Source: a virus
DNA: 64,000 nt
Virus record (IMG/VR): IMGVR_UViG_3300050139_000095
Span: 1-64,000 of that record
Strand: one strand, 5' to 3'
Shown: piece after piece, positions 45,029 to 52,883 of the stretch
Position numbering within the stretch: position 1 is the stretch's first letter
Layout of the letters: each line of letters begins with the position of its first letter
Position numbers and translations under genes: made by a program
The notes under the pieces: generated by a model
What the model saw: the letters and a program-made list of their open reading frames with translations, nothing else
What the model was told of the DNA's origin: nothing
The model's database searches: none

Positions 45029-45520
45029 ATGTGGACCAAGTTTGAGATTCCCATCCGTCCTATGCCCAAGAAAAATGGCCGTGCAATTTTCACCAATAAG
45101 AAAACCGGGCATAGTTTTTTGGCTGAAAATAAGGGCTATAAAGATTTTGAACGGGCCGGGAAAAAACTCCTCAAAGCGCAGATGAAAGAGCGGGGCCTCA
45201 AGCCTTTCGAGGTCCAGGTCCGGGCCATGTACCGCTTCGAGTATCAGCGCACACATCATATCGCCGACATCTGCAACCTAATCGTGGGGTTAAACGATCT
45301 GGTCCAAGAGGCAGGTATCTTGGCCAATGACAACCTTGTTAAACTCATCGAACGCGCCGAGGTCTTTGAAGGGTTACGTGACCGCTGTATTTTCTGGTTT
45401 GCTCCTATGGAAACCTTGGCCCAACCGAAAACAAAGGTGGGGTTCAATGAGGCAAAAGCGTATCTTCAAAAAATTGCCGCGAACGGCGCGGGTGGGAAAA
45501 AAGACTTACCAAATTCTTAA
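45029..45520 (+). CDS. rusA: RusA-like Holliday junction resolvase
   Basis: MWTKFEIPIRPMPKKNGR N-terminus and DICNLIVGLNDLVQEAGILANDNLV (the D..N..K/G..D.L...G...DD motif). Start is ATG 45029 (the track start is a TTG at 45017). Confidence 0.7.
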   Translation: MWTKFEIPIRPMPKKNGRAIFTNKKTGHSFLAENKGYKDFERAGKKLLKAQMKERGLKPFEVQVRAMYRFEYQRTHHIADICNLIVGLNDLVQEAGILANDNLVKLIERAEVFEGLRDRCIFWFAPMETLAQPKTKVGFNEAKAYLQKIAANGAGGKKDLPNS

Positions 45521-45758
45521 TAAGAATTTGGAGAAGGTCAGCAAACATGGCGACTACGGTCGAATGTCATTTGATGCGTCATTGATCGAGTTATGCACAA
45601 CGCTCTCGAATACGGGCCGTGAATCCACACTAATCCACGAACTTATCCACGCAATCGATTTCGCGAAAGATATTGGACTCACGGAGAACCAAGTGCTTAA
45701 ATTGGAATCTGGATTGATGAATCTCTTCAGGACCAATGGTTGGAAGATTCAGTTTTAA
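45447..45758 (+). CDS. HExxH-motif protein (putative zinc metallopeptidase-like)
   Basis: The track ORF opens at 45327 inside rusA; the first ATG is at 45447. The TLIHELIHAIDF motif is present. It overlaps the rusA 3' end by 74 nt, so the start is uncertain. Confidence 0.45.
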   Translation: MRQKRIFKKLPRTARVGKKTYQILNKNLEKVSKHGDYGRMSFDASLIELCTTLSNTGRESTLIHELIHAIDFAKDIGLTENQVLKLESGLMNLFRTNGWKIQF

Positions 45759-45783
45759 ATCCCCCTAGCGTAAGGAGAATGGT

Positions 45784-46104
45784 ATGGATATACTCATCTT
45801 TGTCGGAATTGTAATAGCAGGAATTGTAGTCATCGCAGGGGGAATCAAAATGTTCGGTTCAAAGAAACAAGAAGAAGTATCTGGTGTCATGACTGTCATT
45901 GGTGAAAACGAAGCTTTTTTTCATATTCCTTTCAAAGCTGAAGATATGTCCGTGGGCTTTGTTGACATCGAGCCGCCGCCTTCAGGTTGCAATCCTTCAC
46001 CCAACGATACGGTGGAGATCGAAACCCATCATCATGGCCGTCACGTTCGCGTGAGTTGGGCCGTTGGAGAGCCGCGTAAGATCAAATGGACCGCAAGTCG
46101 ATAG
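45784..46104 (+). CDS. Small membrane-anchored protein
   Basis: AAGGAG SD. N-terminal TM helix ILIFVGIVIAGIVVIAGGI. 106 aa. Confidence 0.55.
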   Translation: MDILIFVGIVIAGIVVIAGGIKMFGSKKQEEVSGVMTVIGENEAFFHIPFKAEDMSVGFVDIEPPPSGCNPSPNDTVEIETHHHGRHVRVSWAVGEPRKIKWTASR

Positions 46105-47024
46105 CCGTAGTTGGTTGGTACGACCATGGCAACCTTGGGGATGAAGCCTTCAAGGTTGCTTTCAAAAGTCTATTTCCTGAATGGTCATTCACTTTCTTCG
46201 ATAAGGTTCCAATCAATTGGAAAGAATTTGACGCGCTGTTTGTCGGCGGCGGATCTTTCCTCGACAAGCAATTGGATCGCATCAACGACGTGAAGATCCC
46301 TACGGCATTCATTGGCGTCGGCGTTGAGTCGAATACTCATCCCTACAACATTGAAGCCATGAAGAGGGCAAAGATCGTTGTAGCCCGTCACCCGAATCCA
46401 TACGGGTATCACGCGCCTGATCTGGTGTTCGCGAGCAACCTTCCGAAGTATCAATGTGAGCGGGACCAAATCACCGTGCTGGTAAATAATCACTTCAGCC
46501 CACATCCGAATTGCGAAGAGTGGAAACTGCGATGGTGGGATTGTTACGCCGTGGAGATGGCCCAGGCGCTCGACATCATGATCAAGAGAACGGGTTTACC
46601 GATTCACTTCTACCCAATGTGTTTGAATCCGCACGTCGATGACCGGCGAGCGGCGGCCTACATCATTGATCGAATGGTGAAAAAAGAGGCAACCGTTTTT
46701 CATTGCATAGATCCTTCGGAAAGAGATTTGGTTCGATTGATCGCCAGGTCCAAAGTCGTTGTCACCCAAAGGTTTCATGGGATGGTTTACTCTGCGCTCC
46801 TAGGGACTCGATTTGTTGGGATTAACGGCCATCAAAAGATGTCTAGTTTGGCGAAAGAACTGGATTGGAAAGCCATGAGTCCTTACTATGGTTTTACAGT
46901 GTCGTCGTTCTTAACAGCGATTGACAACTCTCATGACATCAGTGGTGTGACGAAATATTGCGAGAGGGCTAAGGCAACATGGCGAGATATGTCGGCGTTG
47001 ATAAGACGCGAATTATTTGGGTAA
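46086..47024 (+). CDS. Polysaccharide pyruvyl transferase family protein
   Basis: IAVVGWYDHGNLGDEAF N-terminal motif and VVVTQRFHGMVYSALLGTRFVGI...K C-terminal motif, both typical of the CsaB/WcaK-type family. Confidence 0.75.
   Translation: MDRKSIAVVGWYDHGNLGDEAFKVAFKSLFPEWSFTFFDKVPINWKEFDALFVGGGSFLDKQLDRINDVKIPTAFIGVGVESNTHPYNIEAMKRAKIVVARHPNPYGYHAPDLVFASNLPKYQCERDQITVLVNNHFSPHPNCEEWKLRWWDCYAVEMAQALDIMIKRTGLPIHFYPMCLNPHVDDRRAAAYIIDRMVKKEATVFHCIDPSERDLVRLIARSKVVVTQRFHGMVYSALLGTRFVGINGHQKMSSLAKELDWKAMSPYYGFTVSSFLTAIDNSHDISGVTKYCERAKATWRDMSALIRRELFG
46207..46222. repeat. Copy 4 of palindrome family (TTCCAATCAATTGGAA), intragenic
   Basis: Read directly. Lies inside the pyruvyltransferase ORF (codons V-P-I-N-W-K) and is identical to the copy at 57599. 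Confidence 0.9.
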
Positions 47025-48235
47025 GCGACATAAAGCCATCTGAAGATGCGATCTTGGTGCCAAATGTTCTTGACTCAGTAGACGATGCAACGCTCATGAG
47101 CCAATACATTTACGACGACAGAGGCTTTGTGCATCGAAATCCAAAAAAAGAAATCAAAGATTTGAAGATCGCCTTCGTCGGAGTTTGGAAGATCCAGTGC
47201 GGGATCTCGACCTACCTTGAATTTCTCCTGCCGGAAATGGTTAAACACATTTCTGACTACAGGATTTTTTGCGAGATCGGCGACTCAGTTGAACAAACTG
47301 ACAAAGTGATTCCATGTTGGAAGCGTGGCGAATCCCTCAATAATCTGAAGTCACAAGTCTTGGCTTTTCAGCCGGACGTTATTTTGGTTCAACACGAGTA
47401 CGGAATTTTCCCGGACGCAAGACGTTGGCTGTCTTTCATTTCAAGCATTCAGAACACGAAAACTTTCGTGATGTTCCATAGCATTTATCACCATCAGGAC
47501 AAGACCATTTGCGAAGCCGTAGTTCCGAACATCATGGTCCACACCGAGTTGGCCAAAAAAGTTCTCGTGGAAACTAAGGGGATTGCAAAGCCGATTCATG
47601 TGATCCCGCACGGATGCCACGTCAATCCCAATAAGCCGCGCCTGTGGAATCTCTACAAGTCGGACCACACGTTCATGCAGTTTGGATTTGGTTTTGAGTA
47701 TAAGGGCTGGGAGAACTCGCTCGAAGCTTGTGCGATCCTCAAACAAAAATATCCGGATGTGTTCTTTACTGGCTTGTTCAGCGAGAGCAAATTCAGCATG
47801 AACATCCATGACCGTTATTACGACAAGCTGTCGCACCTGATTCAAGATATGGATCTCGGCGACAACTGTTCCATCATTCGCGGATACCAGTCGGACGAAG
47901 TGCTCGATTCTTTTTTCAGAATCAACAAATGCGCTATATTCCCCTATAGAGATAATGGCGATCACACGGTGTACGGCGTCACGGGCGCTGCGCGAATTGC
48001 AATGAAATCTGGAATTCCTGTGGTGACATCCTCAGTTCCGTTCTTCTATGATCTGACCGGAACGTGCCCACAGGCTAACAATCCAAAGGATCTCGCGGCT
48101 GAAATTGAAAAGATGTGGGCGGCTCCGCAAGTACAGGTTGAAAAGCAAAATGCGTTTTTGGTACAAAACAGTTGGGCCAATGTTGCTCAGAAGTATCTTG
48201 AGGTTTTAAGTGGCAAGGATTCTAAGGGAGATTGA
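46979..48235 (+). CDS. GT-B glycosyltransferase (GT4/GT1-like)
   Basis: KIAFVGVWKIQCGISTYLEFL N-terminal fold motif, ILVQHEYGIF, and C-terminal YGVTGAARIAMKSGIPVVTS. The start is uncertain (46-nt overlap with the upstream gene). Confidence 0.7.
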   Translation: MARYVGVDKTRIIWVSDIKPSEDAILVPNVLDSVDDATLMSQYIYDDRGFVHRNPKKEIKDLKIAFVGVWKIQCGISTYLEFLLPEMVKHISDYRIFCEIGDSVEQTDKVIPCWKRGESLNNLKSQVLAFQPDVILVQHEYGIFPDARRWLSFISSIQNTKTFVMFHSIYHHQDKTICEAVVPNIMVHTELAKKVLVETKGIAKPIHVIPHGCHVNPNKPRLWNLYKSDHTFMQFGFGFEYKGWENSLEACAILKQKYPDVFFTGLFSESKFSMNIHDRYYDKLSHLIQDMDLGDNCSIIRGYQSDEVLDSFFRINKCAIFPYRDNGDHTVYGVTGAARIAMKSGIPVVTSSVPFFYDLTGTCPQANNPKDLAAEIEKMWAAPQVQVEKQNAFLVQNSWANVAQKYLEVLSGKDSKGD

Positions 48236-48785
48236 TTATTCAAAGCCGGTAAATCTGGACATCGGTTCCGGCTTCGCTCCAACACCAAATTGCTATCACA
48301 TCGACATTCGCGAAGACCTACCAGAGATCGACATCATCTGCGACATCAGCAAAGAGGCTTTGCCGATCAAGGATGCAAGCGTGAATTGCATCATCTCCAA
48401 TCACTCTATCGAGCACGTTAAATGGCCTCTGGTGAAATTCGTTACAGATGAATGGTCGCGGGTTCTAATGAAGGACGGCGCGGCTCTGATCCGCACGCCA
48501 AACTTAGAGTTCATCATTGATCGTTACCTGAAGGCCAGAACGACCGACGAGTGGCCGGACGATGAGAAAAGAGCCATGGAAATTTTTGGCTCTATCACTC
48601 CAGCCGTGTGGGCGAACATCAAACTTTTTGCCGGTCAAGACTACGAGGGCAATGTTCACTACATGTGTTTTGATTTTAGAATGCTCGAAGCACTTCTTTT
48701 GAGAAGTGGATTTTCCCGCGTCCACCAAGTGGATCTTGGCGATGAGTTCTCGCCAGGCGAATTGCAAGTCAGAGCCGTAAAGTAG
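48210..48785 (+). CDS. Class I SAM-dependent methyltransferase
   Basis: GTG start after GAGG. Motif I-like LDIGSGFAP, then CIISNHSIEHV as in Methyltransf_11-type enzymes. Confidence 0.7.
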   Translation: MARILREIDYSKPVNLDIGSGFAPTPNCYHIDIREDLPEIDIICDISKEALPIKDASVNCIISNHSIEHVKWPLVKFVTDEWSRVLMKDGAALIRTPNLEFIIDRYLKARTTDEWPDDEKRAMEIFGSITPAVWANIKLFAGQDYEGNVHYMCFDFRMLEALLLRSGFSRVHQVDLGDEFSPGELQVRAVK

Positions 48786-48793
48786 ACTTAACA

Positions 48794-48824
48794 GAAACAC
48801 TCAGTTCGACCATGTGAGTGTTTC
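48794..48824 (+). terminator. Perfect 10-bp hairpin after methyltransferase gene (terminator-like)
   Basis: GAAACACTCA (48794-48803), an 11-nt loop, then TGAGTGTTTC (48815-48824). No U tract follows. Marks the end of a long co-directional gene block. Confidence 0.4.
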
Positions 48825-48926
48825 CGTTAAACAGTCTCATCTAAGGACAAATACCAATTTGATATAGTGCCTAAGTATAGGTAACTAGGGATCTTTATAA
48901 CCTATACAAAATGTAATGAGGCAAGC

Positions 48927-48956
48927 TTTACACGATGTAATGCGTCATGGTACATT
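48927..48956 (+). promoter_or_regulatory. Putative sigma70-like promoter (TTTACA-18-TACATT)
   Basis: Lies in the 200-nt AT-rich gap that also contains an ATGTAATG direct repeat and a TATAGGT/ACCTATA inverted repeat. It is 31 nt upstream of the ATG at 48987. Confidence 0.35.
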
Positions 48957-48986
48957 GAATCAATGTTCTAACAAAAGGTGGTCAAG

Positions 48987-49181
48987 ATGAAGAAGAGAAA
49001 ATTGCGTACCAGGAAGCCCAGGATTTTTAAAAATCCAACCTTCCCGCAGATTGAAGTGGAAGATGGGCGCATTTGGATACGCAGCAAAGCCAACGCTCAC
49101 TGGGTGAAGATTCCAAAGAAACGCGCACGCTATGTCGCCAACCGTCTACTTCGCGCAGTTGACTATGTGGAGGGCCAATAA
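48987..49181 (+). CDS. Small basic hypothetical protein
   Basis: AAGGTGG SD before the ATG at 48987. 64 aa, Lys/Arg-rich. Confidence 0.55.
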   Translation: MKKRKLRTRKPRIFKNPTFPQIEVEDGRIWIRSKANAHWVKIPKKRARYVANRLLRAVDYVEGQ

Positions 49182-49182
49182 C

Positions 49183-49881
49183 ATGGGAACGCAATTGCCA
49201 CTCTCGCGTCTCGTAAAGAGTCAGAAAAAGGACAAAGAGATTTTCTTTACTGAAGGCGGCCAGGATTTTCGCCTGATCGTTACGCTTCGTTATGACGACG
49301 AGTGTGGCAATGGCCACAACTCTTTTGGAATGACCGGAAGCCTTTGCGAGAAAACCAAGTTTGGAAAATGGAAAAATATCGCTGGCGGCTGTATGCACGA
49401 AGAGATCGTAAAGCGTGCGCCGGAGTTCGCAAAGTACGAGAAGTGGCACCTGTGCTCTTCGGACGGTCCTCTGCACTACGTGGCCAACACCACCTTCCAC
49501 GCTGGCGACAGAGATTGTCACGGCGGAGTCGAAGGCGAGGTTAGCGCTTACGAATATGGCGTGGGCCTTCCGAACAGCAACACTCTTTTGATTTACGATT
49601 GGCTCAATCCTGATGGCAAGGTGTTCATGACCACCAAGGTACTTGCGGAGAAAATGGTTGAGCAAATTGAAGGATCGCGTCTTCTCAAGATCCCGTCGCT
49701 GATTCACGAAGGCAAAGAACCAGATTTTAAGGCCGCACGTAGCTGCGCTATTTGGCCTGAAGCCACTGACGAAGAGTTGTCAGCCGAGAAGAACGTACTG
49801 ACTGAAAAGCTGTTGGCGCGTTTACCTGCGTTGATGGTCGATTTTAAAGCTGCAATGGAATCCATAGGATTCATTTACTAA
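49183..49881 (+). CDS. Cys/His-rich hypothetical protein
   Basis: GGAGGG SD; the ATG lies 2 nt after the upstream stop. Motifs RYDDECGNGHNSF, GGCMHEEI, HLCSSDGPLHY, GDRDCHGG. No family recognised. Confidence 0.65.
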   Translation: MGTQLPLSRLVKSQKKDKEIFFTEGGQDFRLIVTLRYDDECGNGHNSFGMTGSLCEKTKFGKWKNIAGGCMHEEIVKRAPEFAKYEKWHLCSSDGPLHYVANTTFHAGDRDCHGGVEGEVSAYEYGVGLPNSNTLLIYDWLNPDGKVFMTTKVLAEKMVEQIEGSRLLKIPSLIHEGKEPDFKAARSCAIWPEATDEELSAEKNVLTEKLLARLPALMVDFKAAMESIGFIY

Positions 49882-50108
49882 TGGCGTACACACAAGAGGG
49901 CGAACGTAAAGTTGTGAAGGTGGAGATTTCAGAAGAGGTTTCGCAGTGGCACACCATCAAGGCAAAGTGCGAAGCGGAACGCTTTCCCGGTCTCCCGTTG
50001 CTCGATACCGGCATTGAACTACAGATTCCCAGGTTCACCATTACCTGGGACGACAAAGATAAGTTGATGCAAGAGTTGGCCGAACTACTTAGGAAGTACC
50101 AAATATGA
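49881..50108 (+). CDS. Hypothetical protein
   Basis: TAATG overlap with the upstream gene. 75 aa. Confidence 0.55.
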   Translation: MAYTQEGERKVVKVEISEEVSQWHTIKAKCEAERFPGLPLLDTGIELQIPRFTITWDDKDKLMQELAELLRKYQI

Positions 50109-50281
50109 CGCTTCAATTGTGTTCGTGCTGCAAAACAGTTCAGACGACCAAGAATGCCAAAAGGATTCCTGGGCGGCACGAGTTGGTTCCAGGACAGCCG
50201 ATGATTTATTTTAATTGCACGACCTGCAATTCGACGTTCGTGATCGTGAACAAACCCAAGCCCATGAAGGTGGCCGCGTGA
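50105..50281 (+). CDS. 58-aa zinc-ribbon protein (below ORF-track cutoff)
   Basis: My translation: MTLQLCSCCKTVQTTKNAKRIPGRHELVPGQPMIYFNCTTCNSTFVIVNKPKPMKVAA. ATGA overlap upstream and GTGA overlap downstream. Confidence 0.5.
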   Translation: MTLQLCSCCKTVQTTKNAKRIPGRHELVPGQPMIYFNCTTCNSTFVIVNKPKPMKVAA

Positions 50282-51123
50282 AAAAACTCAACGAAAAATT
50301 AGTTACAGTTATTCGTAACTTCCTAAGTGGCTCACGGCTGGCGAAGTTCAATGAATCGATCAAGGTGTTGAACGAGTCGATTGCTGATGGCCAGTGGATC
50401 AAGCGCGGCAGCGTGAAGGCCGAGTCAGGTTTTTACCAAGGGGTTCAATCGCGAATCGGCTACAGATATGAGCCTGGAACTCGGGGAGCACAGGACGCGA
50501 GCGCCTTGTACTTTTGCTTGCAGTACGGCCATCCATTCAGCCAGCACCACGGGAAAAATTTGGAACTTGGAATAAAAACCATCTATCAGCGTTCGGCGGA
50601 AATTGGAAAGCCTCTTAGGGTTCCGCAAGAGGTTGTTCGCGCATGGGTTGACCTGTGCGCAGAGAAGGATGCGGCGTCCAAGGAACTCACTGAGGCCAGG
50701 CCGAAGCCGGTCTTGACCAAGATCGGTCTATCGCCAAAGGTGACAAAGACTCTAAAGGAAATGGATTTAGACATCGACATCAGTTCAATCAAGATGCCGC
50801 CGGTCAAATATTATTTGCAACAGGCTTACGACGACAAGACTGGGAAATTTGTTTTCAATCCTGATAAGACCAAGAAGATGGAGCGCGTGTATTACGTCGA
50901 GTGGCCGAATGGAACAGAGTTCAACGCCACCCGTTTTAATGACTTCACATGCTGCGAGGCTTGCGGAAAATTCATCCCGTCGAAAATGTTCGTTCCGATT
51001 TTGGCCAAGGACAATAAATCTAAAAAGCACGTTGGGATATGGCTTGGATGCGACTGCGCACGCAACATCTTTGGCGTTCGCGATATTGGAGTCAGGGGGA
51101 GAAATGTCAAAAGATTCAAGTAA
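50278..51123 (+). CDS. Hypothetical protein with C-terminal Cys cluster
   Basis: GTG at 50278 after GAAGGTGG (the track ORF opens at 50215 inside the zinc-ribbon ORF). C-terminal FTCCEACGKF...GCDCARNIFG. Confidence 0.6.
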   Translation: MKKLNEKLVTVIRNFLSGSRLAKFNESIKVLNESIADGQWIKRGSVKAESGFYQGVQSRIGYRYEPGTRGAQDASALYFCLQYGHPFSQHHGKNLELGIKTIYQRSAEIGKPLRVPQEVVRAWVDLCAEKDAASKELTEARPKPVLTKIGLSPKVTKTLKEMDLDIDISSIKMPPVKYYLQQAYDDKTGKFVFNPDKTKKMERVYYVEWPNGTEFNATRFNDFTCCEACGKFIPSKMFVPILAKDNKSKKHVGIWLGCDCARNIFGVRDIGVRGRNVKRFK

Positions 51124-51307
51124 ACTACAGGTGTTGGCTGGCAAAAAAATAGTCAGGGCAGAGGGTGATCACATCGTATTGAATTTGTATCTCGATGACG
51201 GATCAACGATTGTGATTTGCTCGGCTGGACAAGAGCGCCTTGAAGTCACGCGCTCTGCCGAAGAGTTGGTATCAGAGAAAAAAATGGTAACAAAGGACTT
51301 GGTATGA
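51104..51307 (+). CDS. Small hypothetical protein
   Basis: GGGGGAG SD before the ATG at 51104. 67 aa. The track lists a longer ORF from 50849 in the same frame. Confidence 0.5.
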   Translation: MSKDSSKLQVLAGKKIVRAEGDHIVLNLYLDDGSTIVICSAGQERLEVTRSAEELVSEKKMVTKDLV

Positions 51308-51525
51308 AACGACATTCAATAGATCAGGCGCTCGAAAAAGCTGCGCTGGTTACATCGCTCACTGAGGGCGAACAGCGCGTTGAGATGGTGCCATTCAATG
51401 TGCGCGTTCCAAAAGCTGAGAAGGCGGAGTTTGCCGCGCTCTGTGCGGAGCGGGACGTTACCATGAGCGAGGCCATCAGGATCTTGATGAAGCTGTATAA
51501 ATTCGTAAAGCCGAAGGCCAAGTAA
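51304..51525 (+). CDS. Ribbon-helix-helix protein
   Basis: ATGA overlap. VPFNVRVPKAEKAEFAALCAERDVTMSEAIRILMKLY fits the RHH pattern. Confidence 0.65.
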   Translation: MKRHSIDQALEKAALVTSLTEGEQRVEMVPFNVRVPKAEKAEFAALCAERDVTMSEAIRILMKLYKFVKPKAK

Positions 51526-51701
51526 TGGGAAGGCCGAATCGTCACTTGCCGCCTGGTTATAAAATCACAAAAGAACTGGGTGAGTGGTATTTGATTTTCA
51601 ATGGCACAAAATTGCTCAAGAGAATTTTGCGCAAAGACGCTATTTACGAAATGGAAATTCATCAGATAAATCGAAGGAAACTTGAAAGGGCCGGGGGATA
51701 A
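51525..51701 (+). CDS. 58-aa hypothetical protein (below ORF-track cutoff)
   Basis: TAATG overlap. My translation: MGRPNRHLPPGYKITKELGEWYLIFNGTKLLKRILRKDAIYEMEIHQINRRKLERAGG. Ends 2 nt before the next ATG. Confidence 0.4.
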   Translation: MGRPNRHLPPGYKITKELGEWYLIFNGTKLLKRILRKDAIYEMEIHQINRRKLERAGG

Positions 51702-51702
51702 A

Positions 51703-52590
51703 ATGCCGAAGCTATGTTACGTCACAAGAAAGTTCAGCGACACTTCTCTGAATTTGATTCAGCACGCGAATGCGATCATCGCCGAATACACCGCGCAGGG
51801 GTACGAATTAACTCTGCGGCAGCTTTACTACCAATTTGTTTCGCGGGACCTGATCGAGAATACGCAGAAGTCCTACAAGAATCTTGGTTCTGTGATCAAT
51901 GACGGAAGGCTCGCCGGTTACATCGACTGGTTGGCAATCGTGGATCGCACCAGGAATCTCCAGTCGAACTCGCACTGGCGTTCACCAGCGGAGATAGTCG
52001 AGACTTGCGCAACGCAATTCCAAATCGACAAATGGGAAGGTCAGAAGATCCGGCCAGAAGTTTGGATTGAGAAGGACGCATTGGTTGGCGTGATCGAGAA
52101 CGTGTGCTCACGCAACGACGTGGCTTTCTTTAGCTGCCGTGGCTACACGTCACAGTCGGAACTATGGGTGGCCGGACAAAGGCTCCTACGCTACTATAAG
52201 GCAGGTCAAACCCCTTGCATCATTCATCTCGGGGATCACGATCCAAGCGGTATCGACATGAGTCGCGACATCACCGACCGGATTAGAATGTTCACCGAAA
52301 AGCCGGTGGAAATATTCCGCATCGCTCTCAACATGGATCAGGTGAAGAAGTACAAGCCGCCGCCCAATCCGGCCAAGATCACCGACTCTCGCGCCGCTGG
52401 GTACATGCAAAAGTTTGGTGGCAAGTCTTGGGAGTTGGACGCGCTTGAGCCGAAGGTCTTGGACAAGTTGATCGAAGATACGATTGTAAGCCTTCGCGAC
52501 GAAAAGTTGTGGAAGCGAAAACTCAAAGAAGAGAAGGCCCATCGTGACAGCCTTAAAACGGTGGCCGACCAATTGAATGAGAGAGAGTAG
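51703..52590 (+). CDS. Topoisomerase VI-A / Spo11-like (5Y-CAP plus Toprim) protein
   Basis: ATG at 51703 after GGGGGA. LTLRQLYYQFV (R..YY catalytic-Tyr-type motif), WIEKDAL (Toprim Glu) and HLGDHDPSGIDM (Toprim DxD-P.G). No B-subunit gene nearby. Confidence 0.65.
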   Translation: MPKLCYVTRKFSDTSLNLIQHANAIIAEYTAQGYELTLRQLYYQFVSRDLIENTQKSYKNLGSVINDGRLAGYIDWLAIVDRTRNLQSNSHWRSPAEIVETCATQFQIDKWEGQKIRPEVWIEKDALVGVIENVCSRNDVAFFSCRGYTSQSELWVAGQRLLRYYKAGQTPCIIHLGDHDPSGIDMSRDITDRIRMFTEKPVEIFRIALNMDQVKKYKPPPNPAKITDSRAAGYMQKFGGKSWELDALEPKVLDKLIEDTIVSLRDEKLWKRKLKEEKAHRDSLKTVADQLNERE

Positions 52591-52593
52591 GCC

Positions 52594-52875
52594 GTGAAAG
52601 CGACCTTGGCACAAAAGATGACCTTGACCATGACCGTGGTCAGGGGACGCATTGGTGACGGCATCAATGCGTTCCGTTTCAAGGCGGAAAATTTATCGTC
52701 GCTGAACAAGCGTATCAAGTTTGAAAAGTTCGTGAGTTCTCTTGAGACCGGAAGGCGCAACCGCCGAAGAGAATTGCGGCGTCGGCTCAGGCGTCAAGAG
52801 AAGATGTTTAAGCTTTTGTTTTGGTTCTTGGTCGTGGTGGCCATTATTGGCACCATCAAATTAGTTCATCACTAG
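52594..52875 (+). CDS. Hypothetical protein with Arg-rich region and C-terminal TM helix
   Basis: GTG start. RRNRRRELRRRLRRQEK followed by the hydrophobic LLFWFLVVVAIIGTI. Confidence 0.5.
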   Translation: MKATLAQKMTLTMTVVRGRIGDGINAFRFKAENLSSLNKRIKFEKFVSSLETGRRNRRRELRRRLRRQEKMFKLLFWFLVVVAIIGTIKLVHH

Positions 52876-52883
52876 GAGTGGTT

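Noticed and set aside
45327-45446. Long form of the HExxH ORF starting at 45327
   Set aside because: The first 120 nt lie inside the RusA-like gene in another frame and have no start context. The first ATG (45447) was used instead, although even this start overlaps rusA and remains uncertain.
45647-45654. DnaA-box-like 8-mers inside coding regions (TTATCCAC at about 45647; CGTGGATAA at 58844-58852)
   Set aside because: These are isolated single matches within ORFs. The first encodes part of the HELIH motif. At this length such matches are expected by chance and are not clustered like the intergenic boxes at 57621-57908.
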